A stretch of DNA of 62,378 bases, filler included, from Globobulimina sp. (lineage: Eukaryota), in the NCBI GenBank assembly GCA_003354225.1. It is 20 parts of 20 records of this genome, joined end to end, with 100 filler letters (N's around TTAATTAATTAA, not from the genome) between each part and the next. Parts side by side here need not be neighbours in the genome. Positions count along the whole stretch, not along the records: positions 59,358 to 62,378 come from PIVH01003988.1; 19 more parts are not named here. One strand, given 5' to 3'. The notes under the pieces are model-generated. The model was not told where the DNA came from, did no database searches, and saw nothing but the letters and a program-made list of their open reading frames with translations. Of this stretch, positions 59,527 through 62,378 are shown piece by piece. Position numbers and translations under genes: made by a program. Each line of letters starts with the position of its first letter. Positions within the stretch are counted from its first letter, which is position 1.

Positions 59527-62378
59527 CTATGAATCTAATTCGTTTTCTTTTTCATCCAATATATGATTATCAGATCCGGAGTCATACATTGCCTCAAAAA
59601 ACCTTTTCGCAGTCGCTGGGTCATTATGAAGAAGCCATTGATCCTTAAACGATTCAAAAGCGATCTCTTTCGCGGTTTTGACATCGCTGACTTGAGGCAA
59701 AATTGACGCTGTGCCGGAATCAAGAATCGCATCTCGAAATAAATTAAAGTCCAACTGTTGGGATGCGGGGATTGTGGTTAATGCACTGGCAATATTATGT
59801 GATCGCAAATATGTCTATCGGAATGGATCCAGGATCATTGGTGATGTCCCATTGTCAAATGACTCGGAGTTACTCCGATGTTGAGTATAATTGCCATGCT
59901 GTGATAATAATTGATTATTGATTCGAAATCGCGGCGGTTGAATGGTACGTAAATCCACGATTACGGGGTCCGGTTGGGACTGAGTCGGAGCTAACACGGA
60001 CGCAATTAATTGATCACGTAAATGATTAGTATTATTATTTACGAATTGGTTGCCTATACGTATATTATCTGAATATTTATGGTCATCATGAAGACCGTTA
60101 ATAATATCGCCAACGAACTGATTGCTCGATGGAATATAGGCAACGGTACGTTTGCGCACTGCATGCTTTGGATTTGTTGGGTTACTGAGGATCGGACGTT
60201 GGCCTGGTTTCGCGTCCAAAGGATCCCGATGAGGGTCAGGCTGTGCAACGTCATATTGAGATGAATCACACAGAGGTTCGGCTTCATGATTGATGGCATC
60301 GGATTTAAAGCTGTGAAGCATAAATCAGTAAAAAGGGGATTATCATGCGATAAAAATGCATCTTTTATCGCATTCTTCTGTATCGTCTGCGGGGATTTAA
60401 TTGGGGACAGGTTCCGATCTAACAAATTATCATTAATCTGTCGATAGAAACGAGTTTGACTTTGCTCGCATGAATCAAGAATATTGTCCATATCAATATT
60501 AATATTGTTCAATGTATCAAAAATAATATTATTTTTCACAGCGATGTCCATAATGTCATTCTTAAACGGCTCGAAATCTGTACGTTGGGCTGAAGGGATA
60601 GTATGAAAACAAACAGAGTTGGACATTTCAGGGACGATATCGATGCGGTTTTGATCATAAACTGGTATCCGTTCGGCTGGCATTTCGTTCCTCGCTTCCA
60701 TGTCGAGCCACAAATTCTGACAATGCTCATTATGAGCAATAAAAGCTGCGACAGTATCAATAGACTGATTGGTCACATTGACAGGAAGTACCATCTGAGA
60801 AACGTTTGAGGAATCCATTAATTCGCAAATATCGCTCGCATCTGCATCAATATTACACGGCTTAAACTGATCATTAATAAACAAATGTGAGTCATCAAAA
60901 TAGCCCGAATGTTGAGATAAGTTATCAATGTCAAATGGGTCAAACAGTTCCATGTCGACATTCGAATGAGGGCAACAAAGATTTAATTCTGATTCATTAG
61001 CGATATTATGCGATCTGCCATGATTATAAATCAAATGGTTATAATCCGTATCATTTGATTGCTTGCATTCGTCATTTGCTTGTTGTTTACTGTCGTCAAT
61101 CTGGTTGATCTGATCCAGCTTAATTTGTAAATCAATAATGGATGTATCGAAAATATTTGTTAATGACAGCTGATTATCAATCATAAATGTCTGCAATTTC
61201 GCGATATTAATCTCAAAATTTGATAATAAAATAGTTTCATTATCAATCATAATTTGATCGACTTTATTCTTAAAATCCGATGTGAAGGTATCTGTTTTCT
61301 TAAAATCTGTCATGCCATTTAAGCCCTGAATGATTGAGCACATTTGGGCTTGAAAATACTTCTCAAATTCACACAATTTAGCTTCGCACTGTGTGCGTGT
61401 TAATTCATTAAACTGTCGCAGTCCGAATATACGATAAAATTTAAGGGGATCTCCGCCATTAAAGCCATGACAGCGGGTTCCATCGAGGCCTGTAAAGTGC
61501 AATATTTCTCTGGTATAGCTTTGCTTCATTATGGTATTAATTGTGCCTTTCAGTACCAATGAATTTTGTTGAGCGATACATCCATTTCTATCATAAAATG
61601 AGCGCTCAGCTAATGCTTTATATACATTTAAAATATTTTTAGTATGTTCGTTGTTCCTATCACGTAGACAACGATTATTATTAATGCCAGCGCCACATTT
61701 ACCGACATAAAATTCGCGGCAGCGATCGCAGTATATAATATATATTAAATTCCGCGAAAAACATGATAAACGTTGGGTGACTTTGAATGATTCATTTGTA
61801 TTCTTACATTTCCATATCTTAGTTGTCGGATAATTATTAGTTGCATAACATTTACATTTCTTGGTCACGTTCTTGACAATGCCTTGTTCCTTCAGAACAG
61901 AACAAGGTACAAAGCCCCGCCATTCGCTCAATAATTTACGATCGCAGATCTTATTATCAATAGTGATAAATTTATCGTCGTTGATCCGTAATTGCATAAT
62001 AAATTGTTTACAATTGAACAAATTGTGATTAATCAATGATATCTGGACTCTGTTATAATGTGTCATGTCACGGGAAACAGCTAATTTATGGTTGGAGTCA
62101 CGAAAGCGATTAGGGGTTAAACGCTCTTTCAAATTCAACCCAGCTCTCTGCCAAGTCTCCTTAAAATACGATAAAGGGAATAAAGTGGACAAAATGGCAT
62201 CGCCGGCAATAAATTTGGACCAATTTCGCTTCAATGTGTCTTTGAATAATCCGACCAATAAAGGATGATATTTATGGATAAGTCGAGCGCAAGGCGTGGT
62301 GTCCAAATCCTGTTTAAATGAATTTGGTTTCTCAGCACCGTTCTCTTTTCGCCGCAGTAGCTGAGTTTGTACATATTT
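59527..62378 (-). mobile_element. Penelope-like retroelement: linker + GIY-YIG endonuclease + long C-terminal tail; 5' (RT) missing; frameshift ~60322, TAG 59815-59817
   Basis: YHP..L..L..NW; SCFSRNLIYIIYCDRCREFYVG..LRDRNNEH..HF..H..E.YF..GLN matches the PLE GIY-YIG pattern; intronless. Confidence 0.85.

Noticed and set aside
1695-59817. Ciliate-type genetic code (TAA/TAG = Gln) or TGA reassignment
   Set aside because: TAA, TAG and TGA all terminate intact genes here, and long ORFs use CAA freely without internal stops
60322-60345. CCCCTTTTT as a programmed -1 frameshift site in the Penelope-like tail
   Set aside because: The -1 frame hits TGA immediately after the run, so the shift must occur later
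56237-62378. Gag-like ORF and Penelope-like ORF as one giant element
   Set aside because: They are separate 3021-bp contigs, adjacent only by length ordering; linkage is not shown

Overview
This is not one locus. It is 20 unrelated contigs of about 3.0 kb (3028 down to 3021 bp, sorted by length) joined by an artificial 100-nt linker (44 N + TTAATTAATTAA + 44 N), so neighbours across linkers are not linked. Most contigs come from an AT-rich, gene-dense protist using the standard code with short (about 47-97 nt) GT-AG introns. Gene families and intron style suggest a foraminiferan or related rhizarian (inference). Recognisable genes include NUDT21/CFIm25, a divergent kinesin, a Bub2-like TBC protein, calmodulin-like, RING-H2, LisH-WD40, GT25, RCC1, importin-alpha-like ARM and PKD1-like REJ-GPS proteins, a Zn2Cys6 factor and tRNA-Val(CAC). 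Mobile DNA comprises two MITEs, a gag/ORF1-like CCHC protein and a Penelope-like GIY-YIG element. There are many frameshifts and in-frame stops, several fold-back or inverted junctions resembling amplification chimeras, and two foreign pieces (a bacterial Bax/GH73 fragment and PP4R1-like exons of another eukaryote). The best novel candidate is a 4-exon gene fusing tandem chromodomains to a bacterial-type SAM methyltransferase (44893-46507). Others are a Penelope-like ORF with a ~600-codon tail after its endonuclease, an inverted-repeat-bounded antisense mini-gene inside an intron, and a non-FG protein with two GLEBS-like motifs. All family calls are from motif recognition, not searches.
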